64,000 bases of DNA from Octopus vulgaris. Lineage: Eukaryota. The stretch is taken from the NCBI GenBank assembly GCA_951406725.2, contig OX597815.1, positions 131,750,001 to 131,814,000 on the forward strand, written 5' to 3'. Position 1 is the stretch's first letter. Each line of letters begins with the position of its first letter. Of the stretch, positions 1-15,459 are shown one piece after another. A program made the translations under genes and the position numbers. The notes under the pieces are model-generated. The model was given only the letters and a program-made list of their open reading frames with translations. It made no database searches and was not told the origin of the DNA.

Positions 1-582
1 AAATCAAAAAAATTGGTGAAATGTATTCATGTCACTGTATTTAAAAGCTTGGATTTTGACATACTGTTATGGGAATTGACAAAACGCTATCAGTTCTTTT
101 TGCTTTTATAGTGCAGTTGGGAAGAAAAGCCATCCATGTTAGTGTTATCAATTAAAAATTACCAATCAGTACGTTTGCAGAAATCCGATTCTTCAGTTAC
201 CTTAAATTTAGCAAAAGTGGATACTATTTGTTTATTCTATAAAGTACATACGTTGTAGCATCTACATTGGTCAGTGTGAAAACATCAAATTAAATAATAA
301 AAAAAAAGAACAAATAAAAGTGGTATCTTTTTATAGTCTCGGACAAGTGCTAACATAATATCATGGCTTTGGAAGTAACATTTATAACTGGAAGAAGATA
401 AAAGTTAGAAATCTGAAGCAAAGATCATGCTTTTGCAGCAAGAATACAAATCTACAAATTAAACAAATATATAATTTACTAAAAGCTCTCGTAGTACAAA
501 GTTGGGGTCGGGATTTAAGAATTTATGCATGTTACATTGGTAAAGTATATTTCTACCTATTGATTTCATGGAAACCAAGCAA

Positions 583-926
<344 letters not shown>

Positions 927-1323
927 CGCTGGAGTAGTTGTGTGGTAAGAAGCTTGCCTCCCAACCATGTGGTTCCGGGTTCAGTCCAATTGCATGGAAC
1001 TTTGGGCAATTGTCTGCTACTGTAGCCACGGGCCGACCAAAGCTTTGTGAGCGGATTTGGTAGACGGAAACTGAAAGAAGCTCGTCCTATATACAAGTAT
1101 ATATATGTGTATCTGTGACGTCCCTCCCTAACCATTTGACACCCGATGTTGGTGTGTTTACGTCTCCATAACTTAGTGGTTCGCCAAAAGAGATCGACTG
1201 GCTAAGTACCAGGCTTCAAAAATAAGTACTGGGGTCGATTCATTCGACTAAAATGTTAAGACGGTGCCTCAGCATGGCCGCAGTCTGATGACCGAAACAG
1301 CGAAAGAATAAAAGATAAAAGAT
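927..1323 (+). mobile_element. tRNA-derived SINE family A (CORE-like), full length
   Basis: A-box tagttgtgtgg, B-box ggttcagtcc, ttgggcaa core, tail aaagaataaaagataaaag; colinear with 36772-37163. Confidence 0.9.
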
Positions 1324-1338
1324 GTGTGTATGTGTGTG

Positions 1339-1394
<56 letters not shown>

Positions 1395-1929
1395 TGTGTG
1401 TACAAACATTATCTGATATGTTGGTACTGCTTCCTATTATCTTGAGATTATCGCCCCTTCTAATTGAGAGCCGATTACAAATACCATTCACATTTACCTG
1501 ATTTTCTCTAAATATACTAACATATTACGTGCGTAAGTTATTTGGAATACCTAATTCTTGTATGATGTGAAAATCGTTTGTGTTAATTCTAAATCATTCT
1601 GATGAGTTATTATTACGCAGAAACAAGATGACCGTAGCTAACTCCTTGCCTGTAAACAAGTTTCCTCTAGTCATTGCCAATGGAATATCTATAGAATCCA
1701 TTCTGATTTACAAAACTTATCTACTTTTCTTCGAGGAGCAATGTTTACGTTTACCGTCTCAAAAATCAGGTGCAGATATCAATGCAATATTTACTTTTCG
1801 CAAAAGGCACTTAAAGACCCCACAAATTTATCTGCGTTACATAATTTAATGGCAAGACCATCTGTGTTAATCACATGAGATCACAATTAATAAGCATGAA
1901 TGTAGATATTTTCGAAACCACCCTTTTAT

Positions 1930-2230
1930 ATATTAGAAAATTCCAAACAAGGCGAGAAGCCACTTAGTGTGAGGTGCTATGAAGAAGAAGTAATTAAGAT
2001 GACAGGACGGTATATATTTTAGATTTAAAGAAGTTTATGTCATAAGAATGTGGAAAGCAAAGAAATGGAAGAGAGTTCCAAAATCTGGCAGTTCGAGGAA
2101 AACTGCTACGGTCGTAGAAAAAGCTCCTTATTCGTGGAAGCGCAAAAACATTTGAATAGAGACGCAGTGAGTTTCCAGTTGAGATGGCACAAAGTGATCT
2201 GGAACAAAAGGAGAAAGTTAATCAGAGCAC
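1930..2230 (+). pseudogene. possible very decayed Penelope GIY-YIG C-terminus
   Basis: Broken-frame motifs KMTGR, HKN..ESSKIWQ, ATVVEKAPYSWKRK, EAQKHLNRD..QLRWHKV resemble PLE endonuclease ends. Confidence 0.35.
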
Positions 2231-2548
2231 TTCCTGTCCTAATATCGATAGATATTAACGAAAAACTTCTAAATGTTGATCAAGAACTCCCTACATGAAC
2301 GGGCCATGATAACACTAAACTTGACTTAAAAAGGATTTAGCAAATCCAGTCAGATGGTGCTATTACGTTAGACATGACTTAGACCAATTTTGCTCGAAAC
2401 ATCTAAGTTATACACACACACACACACACGAAGTATTTTAGCCATTTTGATGTCCTTTTCTCTCGCTATTTTTCTCACTTTACCTATCATTATCTATCAA
2501 TTAGTGAATGTCTGTGTGTGTCTGTGCCTGCGTCTATTTGTGTGTACT

Positions 2549-2580
<32 letters not shown>

Positions 2581-3327
2581 TGAATAAAGCGTACCTTTTA
2601 AAATCAGAAACAAGATATCACTATAAAACACAATTTTTACTATTACCACATATCAATAAACTTTTTTTTATTACCAAAAAATGGATGTTATTGAATCTCA
2701 TCGCATTATTTACTGTTATCTGACACTGAATATAAATTACTTCACGCCATTTGTTTATTTCCATTTCTTTTATCATCAATTTCTTGCAATATAACATTAT
2801 CTTTCGATCCATCAAGTGCATACATAATACATTGTTTTCAAAATTTGAGCTGAATTATCAGAATCCGTAGATTGTCTACTTTCTGTAGCCTTGACATAAT
2901 TTCTTGCAGTGAAGCCTTCTTAATTTTCCTTGAAGCAGTAAAATCATGAGTATAGCTAGATATGTAGTGAGAATATTTATAATATCAAAAATTAGAAACG
3001 AATAGGTTGAATTTTCACTGTATTTAAGCATTTCTTGTCACAAAATACTGTAAAAACGACAGTACACATTTTCATGCAAGCCGTTTACGATGCATCCTGT
3101 AATGACTGTTAGCGTTGCGTCACATTTAAATCTTGGATACACAATATCGCCTTTTAAATAGAACGACAGCGTTGTCTAAAATCATGAAAATATTTTTGCT
3201 TCTACATAATAATGTAAATGTTCTGTTCTGAACATGGCTGTGTTTCTCATTATACGGTTTTCTTCTTTATTTTATTTATGCCACTATGAATATAACATAA
3301 ATTTCGCAATTTAATTATATTTCAAAT

Positions 3328-3482
3328 ACAGTAATCCCATGTCATATCGAGGTTCACCTATCGTGCACTCAGTACATCGCGGGTCTGCGGCCGATAGGTA
3401 TTCATATTTTTGTAGATTTTAATTATTTCTGTGGGATGTTTTGGAACGTAACACTCGTGAGAGTCGAAGGGTTAAAATTGAT
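3328..3482. mobile_element. degenerate pogo/Tigger-type MITE
   Basis: ta-cagtaatccc..tatcgagg left end; weakly complementary ctcgtgagagtcgaagggtt right end. Confidence 0.35.
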
Positions 3483-4229
3483 ATATATGTAAAATTTTGA
3501 ATCTTTTTTTCAGCTGTATTAGACCGAAGATCCAACGCATTCATAATATTCGAGCAACAAATGGAAACACAATTGCAGTTAACTTGTATGTGACGCAACT
3601 TCCTTGTTTTCAACTTGAAATACATATCTTGAAAGGCGCAGTATAATCACGGCTTTATAAGTGTACTATTTCGTCTGCGCACAATCTTTCTCAATCAGTG
3701 AATGGGTTTTCAAGTAATGGTCAATATGCATGACGCATCGCCCATATAAGAAATATTAACTCCAAGAAGTATGTTGAACACCAATCGTTTGTCATACAGA
3801 TAATTCATGACGCAGTTTTCCACAAAGAATGGTTGACACGTTGGTCCAACCTAATATCATGTACATTCACATTGACAAAGTAATGCGATAAGTGTGTACG
3901 TGTATGAGTGTGTATGCGTATGTGTCTCTATGCATATATGTATTTGTCTTTATGTGAGTATTATAAAAATATGTCCAGATCTCTTACAAATGATGGTTCT
4001 ATAAAACAGCTGATATTTTACACTTCCGGCATATCGTTAATCACAACGAACACTAAATTCAGCTAAGCAGTAGGATTTCAACCTATTACTCGGCGCAAAA
4101 TCGCATCAGATATGAATAAATGAGTTTAAGCGTTTGCTATATATTTCCGCATGCATTTTCGATATCAAAACTATGTAAATTTTAGTAACATATAATTAAT
4201 AAAATATTTAAGAAAAATAAGAGAAATAA

Positions 4230-4470
4230 AGGCATGGAATACAGACCAGAAAACGGCTGACACCAAACAAGATGAATCACTCAAAATTGGATGTTTATTG
4301 GCTCTATATCATACGAAAAGAAGGCGGTAGGGGTCTAATCCAACTTGGAACGTCCTATATAACGAACACGGTAGGACTCCAAGTGTACATCCAAAGTAAC
4401 ACCTGCTGGAGGATACGGATGGTAGGGCAACACAAACTGAGTAAGAAACTGCACTCAATCTCAAATTGAT
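4230..4470 (+). pseudogene. R4/Dong-like (RLE-type) non-LTR retrotransposon fragment
   Basis: HSKLDVYWLYIIRKEGGRGLIQL matches HPKADxxRLYLPRKEGGRGL; abuts (TAA)n at ~4470-4535. Confidence 0.75.
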
Positions 4471-4481
4471 GATGATAATGG

Positions 4482-4515
<34 letters not shown>

Positions 4516-4885
4516 GATAATAATAATAACAACAATGAATATTGCGAGCCTGTTGAAATTTTTATGCAACTTATATGCTGAACACACAACATCATACAAA
4601 ATGTCAATTGCTGGCAAGATATCAACATGAAAAAAAAATATCAGTTTAATTTATGTTTGCCATGAAATGTAATTTCAAAGTAATTAAAGAAATGTAATTT
4701 TAAGCAATAATTAAATAACTGACAAAATTTGAACGACTAGTGTAGAATCAGTGTGTCTCGATTTAATTGAAAATAAATTGAATTATACGTAATCAACAGA
4801 AAATTGTTCGCCTCATCTTTTCATTACAATGTATCATTTCGTCACTGTGTAAACCTGCATACACACTCACACACACATACATACA

Positions 4886-4960
<75 letters not shown>

Positions 4961-5025
4961 GTGCACACATATATATATGTATACATACGTGCACATATAT
5001 ATATGTATACGTATATATAAACATA

Positions 5026-5065
<40 letters not shown>

Positions 5066-6043
5066 TCTGTTTATATATACGTATACATGTATATATGTGC
5101 ACGTATGTATGAATATTTATACATGATTATATATGCACATATAAATATGTACATGCTAAGATAGACATATATGTACACACATACATACATGCATGTATAG
5201 ATATAATTGTGTGTGTGTGTGTTTGTGTGTGTGTGTTGTGTCTTTAGTCATTGGGGTTTTAGGCGTCTGGAAAGGAAAAGGTAAGGTCTCGAGGTAGTGT
5301 ATACGATTAAATATTTCAGATTTTGTAAGCAGGTGTAAGATGTTTCATCAAAGGAATATCAAAGTTTTATAAATTCAGCAACGCTTTAAATATCACCAAT
5401 ATCTTTCGATGGCCATAGACAGATACACGTATGTGTGTGTCTGTCTATGTTTCTGTGTATTATGTATATGGAGTATGCTCAATATAAAGAACGAGGTGAC
5501 CAAAATTTCAAAGACTATCGTAGCCCAATGTCTATCACTTGACCCATAAGACAGATGAGGTCACCGTAGAGGCTATCGTTTCTGACAGAAAATAAATACG
5601 CACATAGCCACACATCTTTCCGGGCACAATTTCATATATCAATGTTGAATTTAAAACAGTTCAATTAGCTTTAGCTGTGTATTTGCTTTGTCTCATTTTC
5701 TTTCTTTTCAAAATAGCTTTTCTAAATACCGAGAAATTATACTTCACATCTTCCGTAGAAAATAAATAAGGCGTATTTTGTTACTTCTTTTAATACGAAT
5801 TTACTGAAAAGTATAAACAAAAAACTTACTTGATATATAAAAATATAGCAGTCATTATTTTCGATATTACAGAGCCATATACAGCTATATACACACATAT
5901 CTGTAAGAATTTTTGTGTGTTTGCGTATTTTTGTATGCTTATTCTTTGTTCATATATGTATATACAGATGTATGTACCGATGTATGTATGTATATATGTA
6001 TATATATATATAAACATATATACATATATACATACATACATGC

Positions 6044-6104
<61 letters not shown>

Positions 6105-6257
6105 TTATTTGAGGGAATAAAATCCAAACTTTACTTTTTAATTGTTATTTTAATTTTAACTTTACTATTATATGTAATTTTCTAGATGGTGTAAGTTAAT
6201 TATTCATTTTGAATTGATAAAAGTTTTTTTTTCTAATATATACATATTATATACGTG

Positions 6258-6320
<63 letters not shown>

Positions 6321-6325
6321 TATAT

Positions 6326-6389
<64 letters not shown>

Positions 6390-7479
6390 GTAAACGAAGA
6401 TATTCGCATGTCGATGGAGATATATTGATGAACTCACGCATATAAATTTATAGATGTTATATTTATTCAGGTGTATTTCTATGAAGGTAAATTATATCAC
6501 AATATAAAAATATTTTATATAATACATTACATTAATAAATGATTATAAAAATATTAGGAAATACAAACTTTGCCCCATCTCTATAATGTATGTGTGTGAG
6601 TGTTTCCGTACGTGTATATATATATATACATAAATATCAAACCAAAACGCAATGATTCGATATACCCTTAGAATATAGCAAGAGTATGATTGTTTTTAAA
6701 GTATTCAGTGTTTATCAGAATTTTTTTAATCCAGTCTTTCTACATCTCCGGAATCAATGCAGATGTTCTCTAATTAAGTTATTAATTATTTAAGCCGGCT
6801 ATTGATTATCGTTGGTTAGTGATTGCTTGCGGATATTTCCCGAAGAATAAAATAATTTGTTAATTGAATTGCAATTAATATTCAATAGATATACCAGTTT
6901 ATATAAATTGATTTCAACGCAACATTCAATCACCAATTTATTTAACAACAATTGCTTTCAACATTTTATTGTCCAAATTGCATCGTTTACCATCTTTAGA
7001 TAAGTTTCCATATACATATGTTAATCAGTTTATTTCTATTGAATAAAGAGTTGTGAGTTTCAGTGAGTGGCGTGTTATACAGATTCATATTTCGTTTTTT
7101 CCAATGAAGCCAGGATATACCCTCATTCGTTTCGTCTTATTTTATATAAATAACGAACATTAATGTCTATAATTTTTTCACTAGATTACAAAACTTGGCG
7201 TACCCGGCCATTACGATGATTAAACTGTCGAATTTCTTCCCTATTACCTGACATTTGAATATATCATATCTATTACTTATGGAGATATCCATCACAATAT
7301 TCATTCCCTAAGAATATTTATATCGTAATGTAGGTGACATTCGATTTTATTCTTCCCATAATTTGGTCGAGTTATTTTATAATGTTCACTGAATTCTGGG
7401 GGATATTTTGTCACTCTCAGGTAGGACGCTTGTAAATTTTTCCAGTATTTATATTACATCACATTACATATCCCGTAGT

Positions 7480-8200
7480 CTTGCTCACTTTGCGGCCATA
7501 TCCCGCCTCCCATCTCCTCCCCTCGCCCTGCGTCTCTCATCTTTTGGCCTGTCCACTCACAGATACTGTTTTCCCATCTCTTTCTCTTCTACATATGCGT
7601 CTGTCACCTTTGACTGTTACCTGAAGGATTGCTTTGGCTATCTCTGATGAGCGAGGGACATGCACAAACCAACTGAACGAGCGTTTCTTTACTATGGTAA
7701 GAAGTTCCTCATAGACCCCTATTGCATGTCTTATTCTTTTCAATTCTTCATTTGTTTCACGATTTATGTATGATATTCCCAAAAGTCTCTTGAAACATTT
7801 CATCTCTGTAACCTGGATTCTTCTATCGATTTCTGCTGTCAGTGAGCATGACTCACAGGCATACAGGTATATTGAGATCACTAGTGATCTCATTAGCCTA
7901 ATTTTGGAGTTCAGTGAAATATTTCTGTCTTTCCACATTTTTCTGAATTTGGTCATTGCTTTGGCAATGCGGGCATCACAGCAGGCTTGGAACCTTGGTC
8001 ACTCCCTATCAATCCAAGATATTTGAAGTTTTGAACTTGTTCAAGCTCAACTCCGCTGACGCTTATGTTGATACGGCTTCCGTTTGTCATAACTTTTGTT
8101 TTCTCTGCGCTTACCTCCGTGCCAAATTCATCGGAGGTTTTGTCTAGGTGCTCTACTAGTTTCAATTCTTGTTCTGAGCCCGCCAATACCTTCTAACATA
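7480..8200 (-). pseudogene. RTE-clade LINE 3' fragment (RT C-terminal half)
   Basis: VSAEKTKVMTN, LEQVQNFKYLG, WKDRNISLNSKIRLMRSLVISIYLYACES, EMKCFKRLLGISY; frameshifted. Confidence 0.9.
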
Positions 8201-8887
8201 GACTCATCTCATGTCGGGTTGTCGTCGTCGTCGTCGTCCCCGTCGTTGTTTCCTCCTCCTCCTTCCTCTTTTAGACTGCTGCTCCCTTAAAAAGGCAAGT
8301 TCTCTGCTAACCCTGTAACACTGCCTTACAGTTTATTATATATTATTTTGTATTGCCCTCTGTTAATGACAGTTACGTAGATTTTATCATTAACTTATTC
8401 TAGTTAATGTTAAGCCCTGCATTAGAGATGCATTAACAATGCACATCGTATTTTTAATACTACTTATATTTTACAAATCAGCCTTATTGTGGCATGTCAC
8501 AGCTGTGACTATAATTAACTTCCCACGAACCATGCAACTGACTAACTTCCAAACCATAGTTATTTGCATGAATTGGTCCCTTAACAATCACATTTCCGTT
8601 CTATAATTCCTTCACTCGATATATCATTATAAGGAATTTTTCCCCTTTCTTATTTTCTCACTCTATCGAATTATAATTCTTCACAACTTGAACAACTGTA
8701 CAAACACCACCATTCTCTACTATGGTTCATTTCCTTTCAAAATAACCTGGCTTTATTTTCAGGAATTCCAGTTTATTCTATTCAAGAAATTACATCAGCG
8801 GTATTAATCCATAATTTCCTTGAAACGTTGGTGTAAAGTGAAACATATGGCCACGTGTAATAAATAAGATAGCTATTTTCATTTTAA

Positions 8888-9100
8888 GGCAGTGCGTTAG
8901 TAGAATCGTTACTGCCTCGGTCAAAATGCTCAGCTGCATTTAGACCGTCTTTACGTTCTGGGATCAAATGCCGCCGATGTCGATTTGCTTTTCATTCTTC
9001 CGTGGTCGATAAAATGTGTATCAGTATAGTACTGGGATAGATGTAATCGACTTACCTCCTCTCCCAACTGATGGTCTTGTACCAAAATCTGAAACCGTTG
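8888..9100 (+). mobile_element. SINE family B, diverged copy
   Basis: Colinear with 30084-30316. Confidence 0.75.
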
Positions 9101-9824
9101 CTTATTTTCACTTAATGCTGAATAACATACACGTACATACGCATTTATGAACGCGCGATACATTAATTACCCTTTCCTGGAAAAAATTACATGGAATTTT
9201 GAGTTGCCTCACTTTATTTTGCAAAGTCAAGAGGGGCTAAAAGTGAATGTAATTAGCTTCAACTTTGTTGTGTCATAAGGTAGACATTGCACTCAGATTA
9301 TCTATCTGTCAGTATCAGGCTATTATACTGTGCTATATAACTTCATCTGAAAGGAAACAAAGGCATTAATGAACTCATTCTATGAACCGTATATTTTGTG
9401 ATGTGGACAAGTTGGAAAATGTATAAATGTCTTTCAAATCATTCAACAAAATGGACACGATAATATTAAATGTCACTTGATATTTATTGTATTTGTTAGA
9501 TAAAAAGTAAATGACATAAGCCACTATGTTATAATTTGAAGTCAACAGGCGTAACAACAAAACCAAATAGCATTAAGATATATGTCGAGTAAGGGATACC
9601 TTGATCAATTTTTGTATTTTGTTATCGATTCTTACAGTTTTAAGAGTAAAGAAATGATTGATTTTAAGTTTATGGTTTTCAGGTGTTTTTATAGCGTTAC
9701 TTGTAACAGAAAAATTATTTAAATTTATAAGACAGGAAAATGCGCCATGACAAGAGTTCTGCGTGCATGCATAGATTTATTTATGTATGTATATGGATAT
9801 GTTTCTTTTTGTATATACATATAT

Positions 9825-9860
<36 letters not shown>

Positions 9861-10000
9861 GTTGATGGTTAGATCGATATACATATATACATATTCATAC
9901 ACACACATATATGTAATGTAAATGTTCTTATTTTAATGCCAATTTGGAAATAAAGACAGTATACTCTACTGTGAGTAGAGTCCAATATATATAAATGCGT

Positions 10001-10073
<73 letters not shown>

Positions 10074-11272
10074 ATCCATCCCTCTAGAAATATTGATAAC
10101 AAGGTTATTGTATCTGAAGTCAATTCCAACAGAATTAAGTTTATGTCAAGTAACTCTAAAATTAAAAATTCTATATACTAGTGTAAAATCAGTACTCATA
10201 ATAAAGTACGAGTTTACATTGGAAGCACGTAGTTACAGTTATCTAAAATAATTTATATCCATTAATCAACATTTAGGGATAGGAATAAACGTAACAGTAC
10301 AGGGTTCAGTAAATTAATTTGGGATCTTAATGACCACAATGAACAATTTGATTTAGAATGGTTGATTCTGTCTATCTCAATACCTTATGACAAAGGCAAG
10401 GAATTCTGTCTTCTCTGTAATTCTGAAGTATTTTTCATTATTTTTTCTAAAAATCCCCTAATAAACACGGTTATAGCGCGTGCATACTGATGTAAACATT
10501 GGCAAAAATACACCTTTAGCTCATATAAGTAATCCCAATCATTATATAGAATTTAAACATTAATTTCCTTTTATATCTAACATACAATCTATGCATACAC
10601 ACTCACGTACACACACATACACACAGATGCAGAAATAGGTATGCCCTACACACAGACACATATATATGAGTGTGTATTTACATTTATATAAAGTATACAT
10701 ATCTAATCATCCGAACTCTGATTTAATTGCAACATATATTTTAACATATTTGCTATAGAAACTTGAGTAGAAGGAGCTTAAATATATTCTAGTCATCGAA
10801 CCAGAGATATAAATGAGGTAAACATCTCAAACAGAGATGTGTATCACATTTACGTTTAAACAGAAATGATTGATTAATATCCATAATATTGTAGAAACCG
10901 ATGTGGACATATTGATTATTTCTCGTTCGATATCCTTCACGAAAGAATAGATAATAATTTCTTTTGTGTGTATTTTTATAATTTGTTATGTTTTAAATAT
11001 AATCTATTATTTAATACTTCCATTGTCATATTGCTATGTGGAAATAATGACCCATCTCTCTGTGTATTGCTGCTTCACAGAACATGCAAGAAATATCCAA
11101 GTGAAAATGGGACGAAATATCGAATCTTTTCTCATCCGCTAGACACTCGTCACATTATGCGATAATCCACATAATGTCATGTCATCTGTTCCCTTCTACA
11201 ATTGTATAAAACTAAAGATTTGCATTCATTTAAAAAACAATATCATACAACCAGCCATATACAAACGCTCGC

Positions 11273-11327
<55 letters not shown>

Positions 11328-12084
11328 AAATTCATTTTTAGGTATTCATCAATTTAACACCCGGCGTCTGAAAGGGCGTTTTCTCTGGGCAAAACATATG
11401 CATTAAGTACGTGACATCGGTAATAGATATGTACATTGTGTATACGTATATATACATACACATATGTCTATACGTATGCACACGCACCCACACACACACA
11501 CATACACACTCATATATATATGACAAAGCAGAACTATGATAAAATAATTCTAAGTACGACTGCCTTTTTTTATACGAAGCATTGCAAACTCCAATGTGTC
11601 CTTCGTTCTCGAAGTCGGCTGGATGTGATTTTATGCAACATTGGCTGCTTTTTCAAGGAGAAAGCTTGACCATGGAGAAGCTCGTTTACTTGTTGGTTTA
11701 CTGCAAGTTAATCCTCATCAAATAGACTTGTATTTAAAGGTGCAGGATTTTCATCAGCCTGTTAGCTGTTATATAGTGTAATGGACTTTACAGTTATTAA
11801 GAGGCTCTGGTGTGTGGTGTGACGGAGAACTGACAAGAATTAGTGAGATTTCAAGCGTTTGTGCAGAGTCTACGTACTCGGTATTGCCTTGGTGATTGTT
11901 TAGTGTTCGGTCATTTTTTTAGAAGAGTGGTTTTCCTGCAGTGAACAGAGCACCATTACATCGCAGTGCGCCATTGTGTTTATGTTAATCCATCTGTAAA
12001 CTCTGTAAACCCCATACTCCCATGAGTGAGTATATATTGATATATACATGTGCTTTTATAAAATTCCATTCATATTATAGATAC

Positions 12085-12256
12085 ATGCATGGCTGTGTGG
12101 TAAGATGTTTGTAACAACGAAGTGGCTCCAATTTCAGTCCCACTGTGTAGTGCCTTCGGTGCGTGTCTTCTACTGATGTAGAGGGCGATTAAAGCTTGGG
12201 TACAATTGGTAGACGGGAACTGAAAGTAGGCAGTTGTTTACCTATATTAGTATACA

Positions 12257-12316
<60 letters not shown>

Positions 12317-12500
12317 TGTGTGTATGCGTGTGTGTGTTTACGCTCCGGAACTTAGCAGTTTTGTAAAAGAGCGTGATAGAATAAATACCAGACTTGCAAC
12401 GTAAGTAATGAGTTAGGTTCGTTCGACTAAAATTTTTGACGGCGGTGCCCCAACAGGGCCGCGGTCTAATGACTGCAGCAAGTACAAAATAAAAGATATA
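12085..12500 (+). mobile_element. SINE family A, diverged, internal (TG)n
   Basis: tggctgtgtggtaag head, ttcagtcccactg, gtagacgggaactgaaag, tail gtacaaaataaaag. Confidence 0.8.
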
Positions 12501-12765
12501 AAATTATATTGTCGAGAAATGCAATTAAACTGTCCACCTATTTCTTCTTGTTCGACATATCTAACATTACATCATCTACCCTGAATTAATCAATCACCAA
12601 CCACCTTGTTGGGTTTTTTTACGTTTCACGTAATTATGGCTATTTTCATAGCTGTCGAGTTTGAACCTTAATCAGGAATCAGTAGAGTGAAGAATCAATC
12701 GATAACTTATATCACAAAATAATATTAAAAGGAATATTTTTAATAACACTAACGGATCAATAACA

Positions 12766-12799
<34 letters not shown>

Positions 12800-12802
<3 letters not shown>

Positions 12803-13165
12803 CTATGATAACTTTGATAGGTTTCGGCCAGTATAGACCCAGGCCATGTCTAACTGAATAGCACCACCCGGTGAAGTTTTTTAACCATATATGGGGTACC
12901 ATGGCCTGTTCTGGCAAAGAGTTATTATTGTTGGAGACATATCCGGGTGTAGGAGGTTGGTCCGGGATTCTTTGAAGAAATTTGTCCAGTGAAAATTTGA
13001 ATTTTGGGGGATCCGTTTCCGTTTTGACGTATTTTGGAATACTATTAAGGAGAACTGAAGCGGTTGAGATAAAGTAATTGTGTGTACTGAGTTCGATTTT
13101 TGTAGATGGCAGATAGCACGACGGCCAGGTTTGGATGGATTTTAAAGTTGATGCTAATACCATTT
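12800..13165 (-). pseudogene. CR1/L2-group LINE 3' end
   Basis: LLNSIPKYVKTETDPPKFKFSLDKFLQRIPDQPPTPGYVSNNNNSL; short 3' UTR with atcaaagttatcatagtt tail running into (TA)n. Confidence 0.8.
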
Positions 13166-13322
13166 GTGCAAAATTTGATGGAATATTTCCACATCACACA
13201 AATTAAGTAGCACACACGGCGGCGGTGTTGGAGAGAGTAGTTATTGAGTATTTTTTAGTCAACCCTAAAATTCCTTGTCTCTCATGCGTCTCTCTTTCTT
13301 GTTATTCGCCTTTGGAGTTCTA

Positions 13323-13434
<112 letters not shown>

Positions 13435-13472
13435 TGGGGGAGGGTGTGTACATACATAAATATATATAAATG

Positions 13473-13503
<31 letters not shown>

Positions 13504-13958
13504 ACATAATATAATATAATATAATATAAGATCCCAAGACTGACATTCGAAAAAGCACTGTAGCAATGCACAGTATTTTGTTTTATATATTTCACTGAAT
13601 AAGATAGGTAATTACTTTACATTTCGTAGAATTCCATGTCCTGATGTAATTAAAGAATTATAGTTATGTAAGTGAATAATATTGCTTTTCTTTTTGCACT
13701 TTTTCGTCATGGCTGTGTTCTGAAACATTGCTGAAAGTGTGAATAAGAAATTTTGACAAACTTAAGTGCAACCATGTTGCATACCTTCATATCTGCCAAT
13801 ATGAAATAAACAACATTCCGTTTAAAGTTGATAATTTATGACTTAAAAGTTCAATTTCCCCTCCTTTCCAATCAACAAACCCTTACCAACTAACTTTTGC
13901 TGTCAAATGGAGAGGCGTCAAAAACAAACATACACACAGACACAGAAACACACATGTG

Positions 13959-13990
<32 letters not shown>

Positions 13991-13994
13991 AACT

Positions 13995-14039
<45 letters not shown>

Positions 14040-14137
14040 TTTTTATCGTTCACTATTGTCGAACCGATAAGTTACAGGGATGTAAACACACAAGTGTATA
14101 CACACGCACAGACACACAGATACACACAGACACACAC

Positions 14138-14265
<128 letters not shown>

Positions 14266-14411
14266 CGACGAACTTCTTTCAGTTTCCGTCTACCAAATCC
14301 ACTCAGGTCGGCCCGAGGCAATAATTAAAGAGACTTGCACAAGGTGCCACGCGGAAGGACTGTACCCGGAACTATGTGGATGGTAAGGTAGCTACTTACC
14401 ACACCTGACCC

Positions 14412-14412
<1 letters not shown>
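14266..14412 (-). mobile_element. SINE family A 5' part
   Basis: Reverse complement of head (ctttcagtttccgtctacc...cttaccacac). Confidence 0.8.
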
Positions 14413-14484
<72 letters not shown>

Positions 14485-14485
<1 letters not shown>

Positions 14486-15280
14486 CTAAATATGTAGTCC
14501 GCCAGAACTCATCTTCGACACACAATACGAAAATCAAGAACTGATAGTAGACATAGTAAGGATGATGAATAGCGTGGCCCCACTCCATGCTAACCTCACG
14601 AAACAAGGAAACGTGTACAGAACTTCATGCACCGCATGCAATTCTCTGGACATGTCGAGAGAGAGAGGATGTATGTATACAGGGAAGCGGGAAAGAAATT
14701 AGATAGCATTATATGCAATGAACCCAGTGGTACCCATCCTACATACAGAGTTAAATACTGGAATACTATATAGAGAATACAGTTAAAAATGTAAATAATG
14801 TATTATACAGTGAGTTTTGTCACAAAGCAAACACACTGAACACATGGTACTGGACTGATAAATATGAAGAAGTGATGTTTGTACAGGCAACGCACCATGA
14901 AGAACGAGCCCGTATGTGTAGGAAGGTTCTGAAGGAGACAAACTCAACATTAAGATCATTGAAAAGCTAAGTAGTTCCATCAGATCGCAGCTATGTAGGA
15001 CGTGCCAGGTGCATGGAAGAGTGCTTGTAAAGGCAAGAACACGGCATACATTGATGAGTCATCTAGAACTATTGCGGAGAGATTAAATTGACACTTGAAT
15101 CAACATGATGAAAAAAGCCAGTTCTCCATACTCTACAAACATGCTAAAGACCAATATGGAGGAATGCTGGACCGACTTGACATTTGAATCTTATCCAAGC
15201 AGCCGAAGGGCCCATTACTCAGACGAATATACGAGCACATCCTCATAAATGAAACGGCCCCCGTAGTAAAAATTAGTGAT
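14485..15280 (+). pseudogene. Penelope-like element ORF remnant (RT thumb, linker, GIY-YIG endonuclease)
   Basis: Own translation: QNFMHRMQFSGH..ER.YVYREA..SGTHPTYRVKYW; EVMFVQAT..IKIIEK; ACKGKNTAYIDESSRTIAERLN*H..SILYKHAK..IL..PLLRRIYEHILINETAP. Stops and frameshifts present; not in ORF track. Confidence 0.8.
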
Positions 15281-15459
15281 ACCTAGAGATATATACATAC
15301 ATAGGTACATTTACTAATAGGCTGTTATGTAGGCAAATCTGTCTGTTACTCTTTCTCTCTCTCTTTTTCTATCACTCTCTCTCTTTCTCTCTCTCTCTCT
15401 CTTTCTATCACTGTCTTTCTTTTTCTCTCTCTCTTTTATATATATATATATATATATAT

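Noticed and set aside
927-1010. tRNA genes at A/B-box motifs
   Set aside because: SINE heads; no complete cloverleaf or oligo-T terminator
1280-1302. ctgatgaccgaaac hammerhead-like string
   Set aside because: Point variant of the SINE A tail (caaatgactgaaac); no stems
1595-1635. ctgatgag...gaaac (similar cases at 7644, 32793, 33460)
   Set aside because: No consistent three-stem fold; 7644 lies within RTE coding sequence
12614-12680. Minus-strand CTGATTA...GAAACGTA motif
   Set aside because: G8 lost and stems I/II mostly unpaired; cannot be told from chance
15085-15190. In-frame TGA codons in the GIY-YIG remnant as selenocysteine
   Set aside because: They fall at non-Cys positions in a copy with other frameshifts; ordinary decay
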